Below, one piece after another: positions 49,040-58,640 of a DNA stretch of 64,000 nucleotides. The stretch is from an uncultured candidate division Zixibacteria bacterium. Lineage in GTDB: Bacteria; Zixibacteria; MSB-5A5; GN15; FEB-12. A program made the position numbers and the translations under genes. The notes under the pieces were generated by a model. The model ran no database searches and had not been told where the DNA came from. It saw only the letters and a program-made list of their open reading frames with translations. Each line of letters starts with the position of its first letter. The first letter of the stretch is position 1. The stretch covers positions 1,152,001 to 1,216,000 of the forward strand of contig CAVTJJ010000004.1 of the NCBI GenBank assembly GCA_963735035.1, written 5' to 3'.

Positions 49040-50899
49040 CTATTTCTGATCCAGCACGCCGGTCGGATAGATGTCCAACTCGGTCATCCACTTCTTCAAT
49101 TGAGCCACGCGATCTTTTTCCGGCAGCGAGGAGAGGTCGAACGGGCGTCCGCGTCCGTCGAGAATGATTCCCACCACACCACCGTGCAGTTCGCGCTCAA
49201 CTTTGTTGCCGGGGCCGGCGCCGACATCGAACCCGCGTTCCGGTTCGAGCACCGCGCGGGCCATCTGAGGCAGGCCATTTTCCTGCAGCCCCAGCTTGAA
49301 CAGTCTCATATCGAGATAGTTCAACGTTCCACTGACAACGCCATCGGGCAGATGGATCTGATACTTCATTATCGGCCCCGGCTTCTTCATTGTCCCAACC
49401 GGAGCGACACAAGTGCCCAGATGAATCAGGCAATCCTTTTCGAATACTTCAGTGGCGGCGCGCGGTTGAACCTCGGTCAGCACACCCAGTTGCGGCATCA
49501 TGAAGATAGAATCCACCGCCAGTCGGGTGACGCCTTCCGGCATGAAAGCATCGATCAACATCAGGCCGGACTGTTGACGGCGCGGCGCGTGAGAGAGCAC
49601 GCCGCCCGAACCGATCAGCATGTCGAGCGTCATCATGTTGACGATCGTTCCACCGGAAGTTGACTGCTCGAAAGCATCGGCGATAGTGCGCTGCTGCTGG
49701 ACACCTTTGAGCACCGTGGCGAAATTCTTGTGCTGAATAAAGGCGAGACGCAGCGCTTCTTTGGCGATGGCCTGTTCGAAAATCAACTCTTCCATCGACT
49801 GCGGAATCGTGGTCGGACGGATCATCTTGTTCTTGACCCGGTTGCGCAGGTCGCGCTCGTTCATCTCGAACGGCACCCAGCGCATGACCATCGGAAGCGT
49901 CGCCTCGGCGAAAACATTCGAAATCGAGTAGGACATGCCCAGGTTGGCCGAGACCGTACGGTTGAAGACGCCGGTCTTGCCGTCCGGACGGAATACCGAG
50001 AAGACGTCAGTCGTAGCGCCGCCGATGTCCACACCCACCGCCTCGATGCCGTACTGGTCGGCGATGGTCTTGATAATCAAACCGACTGCGCCCGGAGTGG
50101 GCATGATCGGGGCGTCGGTCCATTCCATCAGCTTCTTGTAGCCGGGGGCCTGCGCCATGACGTGTTCCATGAAGAGCTCGTGGATTTCTTCGCGGGCCGG
50201 GCCGAGATTTTCCATTTCGAGAACCGGGCGAAGATTGTCGACCGTTCTGAGATCGACCTTGCTTGACAAAGTCTTCTTGACTGCCTCGGCGGCATCTTTG
50301 TTGCCGGCGTAGATAATCGGTAATTTGTATCCGGTGCCCAGGCGTGGCTTGGGATCGGCTGCGGAGACGAGTTCGGCGATTTCAACCACGTGGGTCGTGG
50401 TGCCGCCGTCGATACCGCCTGAAAGAAGGATCATGTCGGGGCGGAGGTGGCGGATGCGTTCGATCTGCTGATGGGGGAGACGCTTGTCATTCGAAGCGAT
50501 GACGTCCATGACGATCGCACCGGCGCCCAGAGCCGCCCGCTCGGCCGATTCGGCGGTCATCGAACGAACCACACCGGCGACCATCATTTGAAGACCGCCT
50601 CCGGCTGATGATGTTGAAATATAGACGTCAGTGCCGATTCCGCCCTTGGCCGGAGATATGAACCGGTTGTTCTCGTCGAGTAACTTGCGTCCCGCCAGCT
50701 CTTCAAGCTCTGCGACCGCATTCAGCACGCCCATGGTTACATCTTCAAACGGGGCTTCCACGGTCGTGGGTGCTTCGCCGCGGGAGATAAGACGGTATTC
50801 GCCGTTCACATACTCGATCAGAATCGCTTTGGTGGTGGTTGATCCGCAATCGGTGGCAACAATTACCTTGATGTCTTCTGGGTTGTCGAACTTAGCCAT
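49040..50899 (-). CDS. GlmL/MutL-like ('glutamate mutase L') ASKHA-fold ATPase, 619 aa
   Basis: TDCGSTTTK (phosphate 1), SSAGGGL, SGGIDGG, YAGN, MPTP, VDIGGATTDVFS (phosphate 2), RTVSANLG, IGSGGVLSH. Confidence 0.87.
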   Translation of the reverse strand: MAKFDNPEDIKVIVATDCGSTTTKAILIEYVNGEYRLISRGEAPTTVEAPFEDVTMGVLNAVAELEELAGRKLLDENNRFISPAKGGIGTDVYISTSSAGGGLQMMVAGVVRSMTAESAERAALGAGAIVMDVIASNDKRLPHQQIERIRHLRPDMILLSGGIDGGTTTHVVEIAELVSAADPKPRLGTGYKLPIIYAGNKDAAEAVKKTLSSKVDLRTVDNLRPVLEMENLGPAREEIHELFMEHVMAQAPGYKKLMEWTDAPIMPTPGAVGLIIKTIADQYGIEAVGVDIGGATTDVFSVFRPDGKTGVFNRTVSANLGMSYSISNVFAEATLPMVMRWVPFEMNERDLRNRVKNKMIRPTTIPQSMEELIFEQAIAKEALRLAFIQHKNFATVLKGVQQQRTIADAFEQSTSGGTIVNMMTLDMLIGSGGVLSHAPRRQQSGLMLIDAFMPEGVTRLAVDSIFMMPQLGVLTEVQPRAATEVFEKDCLIHLGTCVAPVGTMKKPGPIMKYQIHLPDGVVSGTLNYLDMRLFKLGLQENGLPQMARAVLEPERGFDVGAGPGNKVERELHGGVVGIILDGRGRPFDLSSLPEKDRVAQLKKWMTELDIYPTGVLDQK

Positions 50900-51009
50900 C
50901 AGGAATTCATCTCAGCTTTCTGTGTTGTGTCGCGCCTCACAGTTTGTTGTCTCCCAAGCGACTAACTTGGGGCCAAACCAGTGAGGACTATATTACAGTC
51001 AAGTCGAAA

Positions 51010-51038
51010 ATAATACCACAAGCCGTCTACCTTGTAAA
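51010..51038 (-). promoter_or_regulatory. sigma70-type promoter for the GlmL-like operon
   Basis: Minus strand TTTACA-17 nt-TATTAT with extended -10 TG. Confidence 0.55.
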
Positions 51039-51197
51039 GGTCGATTTTGGACGCGCTTATTGACCGACTGATTGACGGCTGCATTTGTTGACAGAGAAGC
51101 GGGGCGTTTTGGGACTCTCGATTTCGGGTTAAAGCGGCTTATCCAATCGAAGCCCCCTTATCGCATTCCATCCTCGGATCCGGTTGGGGGTTTTCAC

Positions 51198-51226
51198 TTG
51201 ACTTGACCCGCAAGTGCCGATAGATT
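51198..51226 (+). promoter_or_regulatory. sigma70-type promoter for the 12-gene membrane operon
   Basis: TTGACT-17 nt-TAGATT. Confidence 0.5.
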
Positions 51227-51394
51227 GGCCTGTTCGAGGTTCCACAGGATTGCTCAGGCCTCCCCGTCGAACCGAACGGTTGTGGTTGCAGGTTGGATTT
51301 GACATTACCGGTCCTGGTTCGTCCCTTGGTGGGCTCGGCCTTCGCTTCCCTTTACAGGATGCGGGCTTAGAGTAGAAAGATTGGACTCTTCAGT

Positions 51395-52636
51395 TTGAGT
51401 GACCGTCTCCGACATCCCTTGACCTTACTGGTTGTCCTCGTACTAGTCGCAGTCCTGCCAATCGGCGCGTTACTGGCTCAATCGCCTCAACCGAATACAT
51501 CGACCCAAACTGCATCGTCGAATCTCCCCGTTCTCCGTCCGATCGATAGTCTGATCGGGAGCGATCTACCCAACGACGATGGGGGTGAAGTCAGACTGCG
51601 CTGGGCGATTTCTCCCGATGATGTCAAAGGTGGGGTGGTCACCGGATATCGCGTTCTGAAAGCTGTCGATCCCGACAGTCCTTTTGTTGAAGTCGGCGAC
51701 GTGGCCTCGGGGACAACCCAATTTGACGGTGGTGACATCGAGAACGGCCGACCGTACTTCTTCAAAGTTCGGGTGATGGGATTAGCGACGGGCGAAAATG
51801 GTGTCGTCAATGAGATCTTCACCGATTCGAAAATTGCCGGCCCCGTTATTTCATCGGTGCAGTACTTTCACGTGGGTCGACTGAATGTTGCGGTTGTCAC
51901 CGCCCTGGTGATTTTCCTGATCATCTTCTGGATTCAACGCGCGCGTTCGGGGGCCAAGCTCTACATTCGCAAGATTGCCGGACTGGATGCGGTTGACGAA
52001 GCCATCGGTCGGGCCACCGAGATGGGCAAGAAGGTTATTTACGTACCGGGCATCGATGATATGGACAATCTCATGACCATTTCCTCGATGATCATCCTGG
52101 GTTACGTGGCCGAAATAACCGCCACCTACGATACGTATTTGGAAGTGCCTACCTGCAAATCGATGGTCATGGTGACGGCCAAGGAAGTGGTGAAAGAAGC
52201 CTATACGAAAGTGGGACGGTCCGATTCTTATCATCCCGACCAGGTGCACTATTTAACCGATGATCAATTCGGCTATGCGGCGGCCATTGACGGCATCGTG
52301 GTACGTCAGAAACCGGCTACCATGTTCTATATAGGGTCATTCTATGCAGAATCGCTGATTCTGGCCGAAATCGGCAACGCCGCCGGCGCCATTCAAATTG
52401 CAGGCACGGCCCAGGCCAGCCAATTGCCGTTTTTCGTGACGGCTTGTGACTATACTCTCATCGGCGAGGAGATGTTCGCCGCTTCAGCTTATCTCTCCAA
52501 AGAGCCGAGGCTTCTCGGTTCGCTCAAGGGACAGGACTACGCCAAGGCTCTGATCCTGGCGGCCATACTTGTCGGTCTGATTCTTGAATCCTTTCATCTC
52601 TGGGGTGGTTTCCACAGCCTCTTTACGGTGGTGTAG
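51395..52636 (+). CDS. Cassette 1 subunit A: signal peptide, FN3-like domain, TM, DUF6754-like domain, TM
   Basis: YIRKIAGLDAVDEAIGRATEMG, AESLILAE, QIAGT, PFFVTACDYTLIGEE, LGSLKGQD; paralogous to 54940 and 58641. Confidence 0.85.
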   Translation: MSDRLRHPLTLLVVLVLVAVLPIGALLAQSPQPNTSTQTASSNLPVLRPIDSLIGSDLPNDDGGEVRLRWAISPDDVKGGVVTGYRVLKAVDPDSPFVEVGDVASGTTQFDGGDIENGRPYFFKVRVMGLATGENGVVNEIFTDSKIAGPVISSVQYFHVGRLNVAVVTALVIFLIIFWIQRARSGAKLYIRKIAGLDAVDEAIGRATEMGKKVIYVPGIDDMDNLMTISSMIILGYVAEITATYDTYLEVPTCKSMVMVTAKEVVKEAYTKVGRSDSYHPDQVHYLTDDQFGYAAAIDGIVVRQKPATMFYIGSFYAESLILAEIGNAAGAIQIAGTAQASQLPFFVTACDYTLIGEEMFAASAYLSKEPRLLGSLKGQDYAKALILAAILVGLILESFHLWGGFHSLFTVV

Positions 52637-52638
52637 CA

Positions 52639-53289
52639 ATGCGTAGAACAGTACCCCTGATTATTACCGGAGTCGTAGGCATTGTATTCGTAGTCTCGTA
52701 TTTTTCGCCCCCCCTTACTATTCTCAACGACAAGTTTTCCGACTGGTTCTCGATCGTGGCGGCTTGTTCGATTGTATTGGGCTCGCTAAATCTGGTACTG
52801 ATTTCCACTCAGAAGGTCATTAGTCGCAGAGAAGATTGGTTCTACGCCGGTGTCATCATAGCTTGCTTCCTGGCGATGCTCATATCGGGTCTCTGGGCCG
52901 GCCGTGACTTCGGGGGTGGGAACACCGGAACCCCGTTCGAATGGCTCTATAACTATCTTTACAACCCGCTGTCGTCTACTATGTACGCGATCCTGGCCTT
53001 CTATGTGGCGTCAGCGTCGTACCGTGCGTTCCGCGCCCGTAACATCGAGGCTACCATGCTTCTGGTTGCCGCGTTTCTGGTTATGCTTGGTCGCGTTCCC
53101 ATTGGCGACGTTCTGACCGGATTCCTTCCCGAGGGCTCCCGGATGTCGGATCTGCAGCAATGGATCATGGATTATCCGCAGACGGCCGGACAACGCGCCA
53201 TCATGATCGGCATTGCGCTCGGTATCGTGTCGACCTCACTTCGCGTAATTCTCGGCGTTGAACGTTCCCACCTTGGGGGAGGCGACTAA
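52639..53289 (+). CDS. Cassette 1 subunit B: about 6-TM membrane protein
   Basis: LAFYVASASYRAFRARN and AGQRAIMIGIALG...LRVILGVER shared with 56215 and 60255. Confidence 0.85.
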   Translation: MRRTVPLIITGVVGIVFVVSYFSPPLTILNDKFSDWFSIVAACSIVLGSLNLVLISTQKVISRREDWFYAGVIIACFLAMLISGLWAGRDFGGGNTGTPFEWLYNYLYNPLSSTMYAILAFYVASASYRAFRARNIEATMLLVAAFLVMLGRVPIGDVLTGFLPEGSRMSDLQQWIMDYPQTAGQRAIMIGIALGIVSTSLRVILGVERSHLGGGD

Positions 53290-53292
53290 GCC

Positions 53293-54315
53293 ATGAACCG
53301 CAAGGCAATCGAAATAGCGGTGTTGCTGACAGGCTTGATCTTCTGTATCGTCGCGTACATCGGCAAAGAGAGTATCCTCGGGTGGCATAAAGGGTATGTC
53401 TTTTCGTATACGACTTCGGTCATAATAATCCTGCTAATCATGCTCTCTCTGCTCTGGATTCTTATTCGGACCATTCAGGACAAGCCGGTCGGCCGCCGGA
53501 TTGTCTTTCTTTACGTTGGCATCGCCATCACTCTCCCGCTGTTTATGTCGTACGATCAGAAGATCGTAGTGACCGAGAGTACTCAGCAGGTTTACGACGC
53601 TGTTCAGGCGCTTCCGGCCGGGGCGAAAGTCCTGGTATCTTTCGACTACGATCCAGCGTCGTCGCCGGAACTTCAGCCGATGGCGGAAGCGTTTCTGGCC
53701 GAGTGCTTCAAACGTCATTTGAAAGTTATAATGGTGGCCCTCTGGGCGCCGGGCGCACTCCAGGCCAACATTGCTATCGACACGGTCAAGGTTAGACTTG
53801 GCCTTGATTCTACTCAGTTGGTTTACGGTGTGGATTATTGTAACCTGGGTTACCAGGCAGGACGTGAATTCGTGATCGCGCGCATGGGGACCAGTTTTGA
53901 GGCGATGTTTGGTAAGGATGTTCGGGGTACGCCGTATCGCGAGATTCCTCTGGTCAGAAACGTAAGAAATTTCTCCGATATCGACTATTCGTTCAATATC
54001 TCGGCCGGTTTCCCCGGAACCGTGGAATGGGTTCAGGTGGCGGTAACTCGTTTTGCCCTGAAACTCGGTGCCGGCAGCACAGCCGTGCAGGCGCCGCAAG
54101 TCTACCCTTACCTGAGGGGGGGACAGTTACTCGGTCTCCTGGCCGGCATGAACGGCGCTGCTGAATTCGAGAAGCTGGTCGGACTCAAAGCCGAAGCTAC
54201 TACGTACATGCTGGCGCAAACCTTCGCTCACGTCATCGTGATCGCCTTTATCATCATCGGCAACGTGGCCTTCTTCCGAAGTGGGCGCAAGTCGGCTAAG
54301 GGAGGGGCGAAGTAA
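53293..54315 (+). CDS. Cassette 1 subunit C: membrane-anchored alpha/beta-domain protein
   Basis: SFDYDP...ELQPM, GVDY.NLGY, YPY, GAAEFE, QTFAHVIVIAFIIIGN; two extra N-terminal TMs. Confidence 0.85.
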   Translation: MNRKAIEIAVLLTGLIFCIVAYIGKESILGWHKGYVFSYTTSVIIILLIMLSLLWILIRTIQDKPVGRRIVFLYVGIAITLPLFMSYDQKIVVTESTQQVYDAVQALPAGAKVLVSFDYDPASSPELQPMAEAFLAECFKRHLKVIMVALWAPGALQANIAIDTVKVRLGLDSTQLVYGVDYCNLGYQAGREFVIARMGTSFEAMFGKDVRGTPYREIPLVRNVRNFSDIDYSFNISAGFPGTVEWVQVAVTRFALKLGAGSTAVQAPQVYPYLRGGQLLGLLAGMNGAAEFEKLVGLKAEATTYMLAQTFAHVIVIAFIIIGNVAFFRSGRKSAKGGAK

Positions 54316-54316
54316 C

Positions 54317-54940
54317 ATGGATCATCTCGGACTCTGGGTAGCAGGCTTATTGACGCTCGGAATTTACTCATTCTTGTATCGTGACAACCCGTGGTACAAG
54401 TTCTCGGAGGCGGTGTTTGTCGGGATCTCAGCCGGATACTGGGTCGTCTACGAATTCTGGAACAATTTTGTCAACAAGTTCTGGGATGGAAGGAATCAGG
54501 ATCCCTGGCTCTGGGTAGGCGCCATTCTTGGTCTGATGATGCTCATGCGGCTGGTTCCTAAGATCGGTTGGATTTCCCGCTGGCCGCTCGCGTTTATCAT
54601 CGGTGCAACCTCGGGACTCTGGCTCATGCTCTATCTTACGACCAACTGCATGTCGCAGGTGGAAGCGACTATTTTCCCGTTGTTTGGCATTCAAAATGAA
54701 GCTTCAATGATCACGATCTTCAGCAGCATCGTACTCATTGTCGGTACGGTCAGCGGCGTCATATATTTCTTCTTCTCCAAAGCTCACACCGGTGCGTTCG
54801 GGGCGACTGCGCGGGTAGGCATATGGACGATCATGATTACGTTCGGAGCGATGTTCGCGCTGACAATCATGAATCGTATGTCGCTTCTGATCGGCCGCAC
54901 TTCGTTCATTTTTGGCCAGTGGCTGGGGCTAATCAAGTAA
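54317..54940 (+). CDS. Cassette 1 subunit D: about 6-TM membrane protein
   Basis: SFLYRDNPWYKFSE, ISRWPLAF, FFFSKAHTG, MITFGA. Confidence 0.85.
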   Translation: MDHLGLWVAGLLTLGIYSFLYRDNPWYKFSEAVFVGISAGYWVVYEFWNNFVNKFWDGRNQDPWLWVGAILGLMMLMRLVPKIGWISRWPLAFIIGATSGLWLMLYLTTNCMSQVEATIFPLFGIQNEASMITIFSSIVLIVGTVSGVIYFFFSKAHTGAFGATARVGIWTIMITFGAMFALTIMNRMSLLIGRTSFIFGQWLGLIK

Positions 54941-56211
54941 TGGCATGTCGGCGAGGCACTCAGGGTGGTGGAGCTCGCAGCCCGTACAATAAATTCTGTC
55001 TTCTGGTTCTGCTTTCAATCTTCGCGTTCGTAGTCGGTGTCACAGCTCAAGAACAATCAGCCGGCATGGTGATCGAGAAGGAGACCGGCGCCGAGGCACC
55101 CGCTCCGGTCACTTCACTCATTGCCGAAGACTTCAAATACGACGACGGCGAAAACCTGGCCCTCACCTGGATACCGTCAATAGATGACCGGCCCGGCTCG
55201 GACCGTGTGACCGGGTACCAGGTTTACCAGATCGCCAACAGCGGCCCGCCCGTCAAGATCGCCGAGCTATTGCCGGGCGCGAATTCCTACCGCGCCCAGA
55301 ATCTGTTTCGCGATACAGTCTATCAATTCAATGTCAAGACGTTGGCGGAGGGGGCTTCCACAGAATCCGTTCGCACGGAAGCCATTTCGCCCCGGCGTGA
55401 GTGGATCGACTGGAACCTCTGGAACCTGATGCTGATCACCCTCGTGATAGCGGGCGCCATTCTGGTATTCATCGAAACCGCCAAGAGAGGGAAGAAGCTG
55501 TTCGTGCGAAGGATCGCCGGGCTCGAAGCTGTAGACGAGGCCATCGGACGCGCCACCGAGATGGGGCGGCCGATCCTCTTCATACCCGGCATTCAGGACA
55601 TGGATGATGTCCAGACTCTCGCCGCTCTGACAATCCTGGGCCGGGTGGCCGAGCATGTCGCAACTTACGACATCAAGCTTCGGATGCCGGTATCCCGGTC
55701 GCTGGTGATGACTGCCGCGCGCGAGACGATTAAGACCAGCTTCTCCGCGGCCGGACGTCCCGACGCCTATAACGAAGATATGGTCAGCTACGTGACCGAC
55801 GAGCAGTTCGGATACGTGGCGGCGGTGAGTGGCATCATGGTGCGTGAGAAACCGGCCACCGTGTTTCTGCTCGGCGCGTTCATGGCGGAGTCTTTGATTC
55901 TGGCCGAGACCGGCAATTCGGTCGGTGCGATTCAGATCGCGGGCACCGCTCGCCCGGCTCAGCTCCCGTTCTTTGTAGCCGCCTGCGACTTCACACTGAT
56001 CGGCGAAGAATTGTTTGCGGCATCGGCGTACTTGTCCGGCGAACCGCGGGCGCTGGGTTCACTCAAAGGTCAGGATGTCGGCAAGGCAATCGGCATGGCC
56101 GCGATTGTTCTCGGCACGGCCGCGGTCACACTGTATGCCATGACCGATGCGGTCTGGCTCAAGACTGTGGCGGACTGGTTCCAGGCATTCTTCACGGTGG
56201 CATCGGATTAG
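54940..56211 (+). CDS. Cassette 2 subunit A: FN3-like plus DUF6754-like membrane protein
   Basis: Start overlaps previous stop (TAATG); RRIAGLEAVDEAIGRATEMG, LGSLKGQD. Confidence 0.85.
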   Translation: MACRRGTQGGGARSPYNKFCLLVLLSIFAFVVGVTAQEQSAGMVIEKETGAEAPAPVTSLIAEDFKYDDGENLALTWIPSIDDRPGSDRVTGYQVYQIANSGPPVKIAELLPGANSYRAQNLFRDTVYQFNVKTLAEGASTESVRTEAISPRREWIDWNLWNLMLITLVIAGAILVFIETAKRGKKLFVRRIAGLEAVDEAIGRATEMGRPILFIPGIQDMDDVQTLAALTILGRVAEHVATYDIKLRMPVSRSLVMTAARETIKTSFSAAGRPDAYNEDMVSYVTDEQFGYVAAVSGIMVREKPATVFLLGAFMAESLILAETGNSVGAIQIAGTARPAQLPFFVAACDFTLIGEELFAASAYLSGEPRALGSLKGQDVGKAIGMAAIVLGTAAVTLYAMTDAVWLKTVADWFQAFFTVASD

Positions 56212-56214
56212 ACT

Positions 56215-56895
56215 ATGAGACGCGAGATCCCGCTGGCCATAACCATTTTCGTCGGACTACTGGCGATTGTCTCATTCTTCAGTCCTCCCATGGAAGGTCT
56301 GGGCGAAGATTTCACGCTGTTCTTTGATATCATTGCCGTCTTCGCGTTCTTCCTCGGTGGTGGCAATCTCGTTCGCATACATGCCGACAAGTTGATTCGG
56401 AGAAAGAAAGAGTGGGGCTACTCGGTAGTCACGCTGGTCGGCTTCCTGGGGATGCTGGCCGCGGGTCTATTCAAGATCGGCAATCCGGGAGACATATCAA
56501 CTTCGGTAACAGCCCCCGGCTCTTTGTTCGCCACCCTCTATTTCAATTTGAATTTACCGCTGGGAGCGACCATGTACGCACTGCTGGCGTTCTATGTGGC
56601 CTCGGCGTCGTATCGGGCGTTTCGCGCTAAGAATCGTGAAGCCACTGTGCTGCTGGTAGCAGCGTTTGTCATATTGCTCGGCAGCACGCCGTTTGGCACG
56701 ATGCTCACTTCCTGGATACCGTCATCATTCAGTTGGCTGCAGATTCCGAATATGGCGGTCTGGATTATGAGCTCGCCCAACCTGGCCGGACAGCGGGCTA
56801 TCATGATCGGTATCGGTCTCGGTGTAGTGTCGATGTCACTGCGTCTAATTCTAGGCATTGAGCGCACTTATCTTGGAGGGGACGAACGTGGGTGA
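56215..56895 (+). CDS. Cassette 2 subunit B: about 6-TM membrane protein
   Basis: LAFYVASASYRAFRAKN, PNLAGQRAIMIG...LGIERTYLG. Confidence 0.85.
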   Translation: MRREIPLAITIFVGLLAIVSFFSPPMEGLGEDFTLFFDIIAVFAFFLGGGNLVRIHADKLIRRKKEWGYSVVTLVGFLGMLAAGLFKIGNPGDISTSVTAPGSLFATLYFNLNLPLGATMYALLAFYVASASYRAFRAKNREATVLLVAAFVILLGSTPFGTMLTSWIPSSFSWLQIPNMAVWIMSSPNLAGQRAIMIGIGLGVVSMSLRLILGIERTYLGGDERG

Positions 56896-57805
56896 TTACC
56901 GCGTCATAATTGTCCTGCTCCTGATTGGTGGGGGACTGGTCTGGCTGTTGGTGCGGGCGCTGCGCGGCAAGGAAGTTGACCGCCGGTTGGTGTTCGCGTT
57001 CATTTTCATCTCTGTAGCAGCCCCGCTGCTTCTAACGATTACGTTCGAGATGAAACCGACCCCGGTAGTCAAGGCGCTCTATGACCGGATCGATACTCTT
57101 CCGCCAGGATCACGCATTCTCCTGTCGTACGATTTTGATCCGCCCATGGCCCCCGAAGTACAACCCATGGCCGATGTGGTCAGCCGCCATTGTCTGGCGC
57201 GGGGACATAAAGTAGTCTTTATGACACTCTGGGCGACTGGGCAGGCGCAGTTTCTCGCGACCCTTCAGGATGTGATTCGCCCCGACTTCCCCGATATGAA
57301 GGATGGCGTCGACTACGTTGATCTCGGCTACAAGGCCGGCAACGAGGGTGTGCTGAACGTCATCCGCACCGATTTCAAGAAGATGTTTCCGACCGATGTC
57401 AACACGGTGCCGTGGGACAGCATTCCCATTCTCGACGGGATTCGATCCTGCTCCGATTTTGATTTGATCGTCTCGCTGGGCGGCGGCAAGCCGGGTGTCA
57501 AAGAATGGGTCCTGTTCGTGGGTGATCCGTGCGGCGTTCCGACCGCCGGTGGCGTGGCGGCAGTGGTGGCCCCGATGCTCTACCCATACTATCCGACCCA
57601 GATGTGTGGTCTGCTCGGTGGAATCAAGGGAGCGGCCGAATACGAGAATTATCTGCGTGACAATTATCCGCGTTTCGCCAAAATGAAAACTCCGGCGATG
57701 GTCATGATGGGGCCTCAGACTGTGGCGCACGTAGTAATCCTGGCTTTCATTGTCATTGGTAATGTTCTTTTCTTCGTCCAGCGTCGCAAAGAGGTGAAAC
57801 GATGA
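56888..57805 (+). CDS. Cassette 2 subunit C: membrane-anchored alpha/beta-domain protein
   Basis: GTG after GGAGGG; SYDFDP...EVQPM, GVDYVDLGY, YPYY, GAAEYE, QTVAH...IGN. Confidence 0.85.
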   Translation: MGDYRVIIVLLLIGGGLVWLLVRALRGKEVDRRLVFAFIFISVAAPLLLTITFEMKPTPVVKALYDRIDTLPPGSRILLSYDFDPPMAPEVQPMADVVSRHCLARGHKVVFMTLWATGQAQFLATLQDVIRPDFPDMKDGVDYVDLGYKAGNEGVLNVIRTDFKKMFPTDVNTVPWDSIPILDGIRSCSDFDLIVSLGGGKPGVKEWVLFVGDPCGVPTAGGVAAVVAPMLYPYYPTQMCGLLGGIKGAAEYENYLRDNYPRFAKMKTPAMVMMGPQTVAHVVILAFIVIGNVLFFVQRRKEVKR

Positions 57806-58635
57806 GCCGCCTGAGTATCATTGTCCTCGCGGCGGTCTGCCTGCTCTTTGCGGTGAGCTGGGTGGTTAGAGCGGGTGTGACCGAAGGCGACACGGCGGTG
57901 CGCGATGCGTTTCTCGTGACCCTGTCGGCCTTTATGACCCTCGCGATCATGTCGTTCATGTACAAGGACAATCCGTATTACAAATTCGCCGAGCACCTGT
58001 TCGTGGGGATTTCGGCCGCCTACTGGATGTGTGTCGGGTTCTGGTCAACGATTGTTGGCAACCTGGTCCCGCGGGTGTCCGAGAGTCTGTCGGCCTTCTT
58101 CAGAGTGCCGTACTCAGGTGGCGGGCTGGATTTCGGTGCGATCTACCTGCCGTATCGCTATTTCTACATGATCCCGGTCATCCTGGGGATCTTGTTACTG
58201 ATGCGCCTGGTGCCGAAGGCGGGCTGGCTCTCGCGCTGGCCACTGGCGTTCATCGTCGGCACGTTTGCCGGTCTTAATTTGATACGGTATCTCCAGTCAG
58301 ATTTTGTCAATCAGATCTCCGCGACATTCATACCGCTGGTTACCGACTGGCATGGGTTCGGAGCCTTCTTCTCAGGATTGTCACTATCGTTTGACGGCCA
58401 ACTGGTCGCTATTTTGACGAACCTCGTGATTTTTCTTGGTGTATTTTGCGGATTGATATATTTCTATTTCTCGAAGGAACATACTGGATGGTTCGGAAAT
58501 GCGTCGCGCTTTGGTATCTGGATTCTCATGATCACTTTCGGCGCGTCTTTCGGCTATACGGTTATGGGACGCATATCGCTCCTGGTGGGGCGGCTGACGT
58601 TTCTGTTCCAGGACTGGTTAGGAATTAGAGGCTAA
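57802..58635 (+). CDS. Cassette 2 subunit D: multi-TM membrane protein
   Basis: SFMYKDNPYYKFAEHLFVG, LSRWPLAF, FSKEHTG, MITFGASFG. Confidence 0.85.
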   Translation: MSRLSIIVLAAVCLLFAVSWVVRAGVTEGDTAVRDAFLVTLSAFMTLAIMSFMYKDNPYYKFAEHLFVGISAAYWMCVGFWSTIVGNLVPRVSESLSAFFRVPYSGGGLDFGAIYLPYRYFYMIPVILGILLLMRLVPKAGWLSRWPLAFIVGTFAGLNLIRYLQSDFVNQISATFIPLVTDWHGFGAFFSGLSLSFDGQLVAILTNLVIFLGVFCGLIYFYFSKEHTGWFGNASRFGIWILMITFGASFGYTVMGRISLLVGRLTFLFQDWLGIRG

Positions 58636-58640
58636 ATCAT

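Noticed and set aside
49040..50899. Glutamate/methylaspartate mutase pathway, or DNA mismatch repair MutL
   Set aside because: No mutase S/E subunits or B12-binding motif nearby; motifs are ASKHA, not the GHKL type of repair MutL
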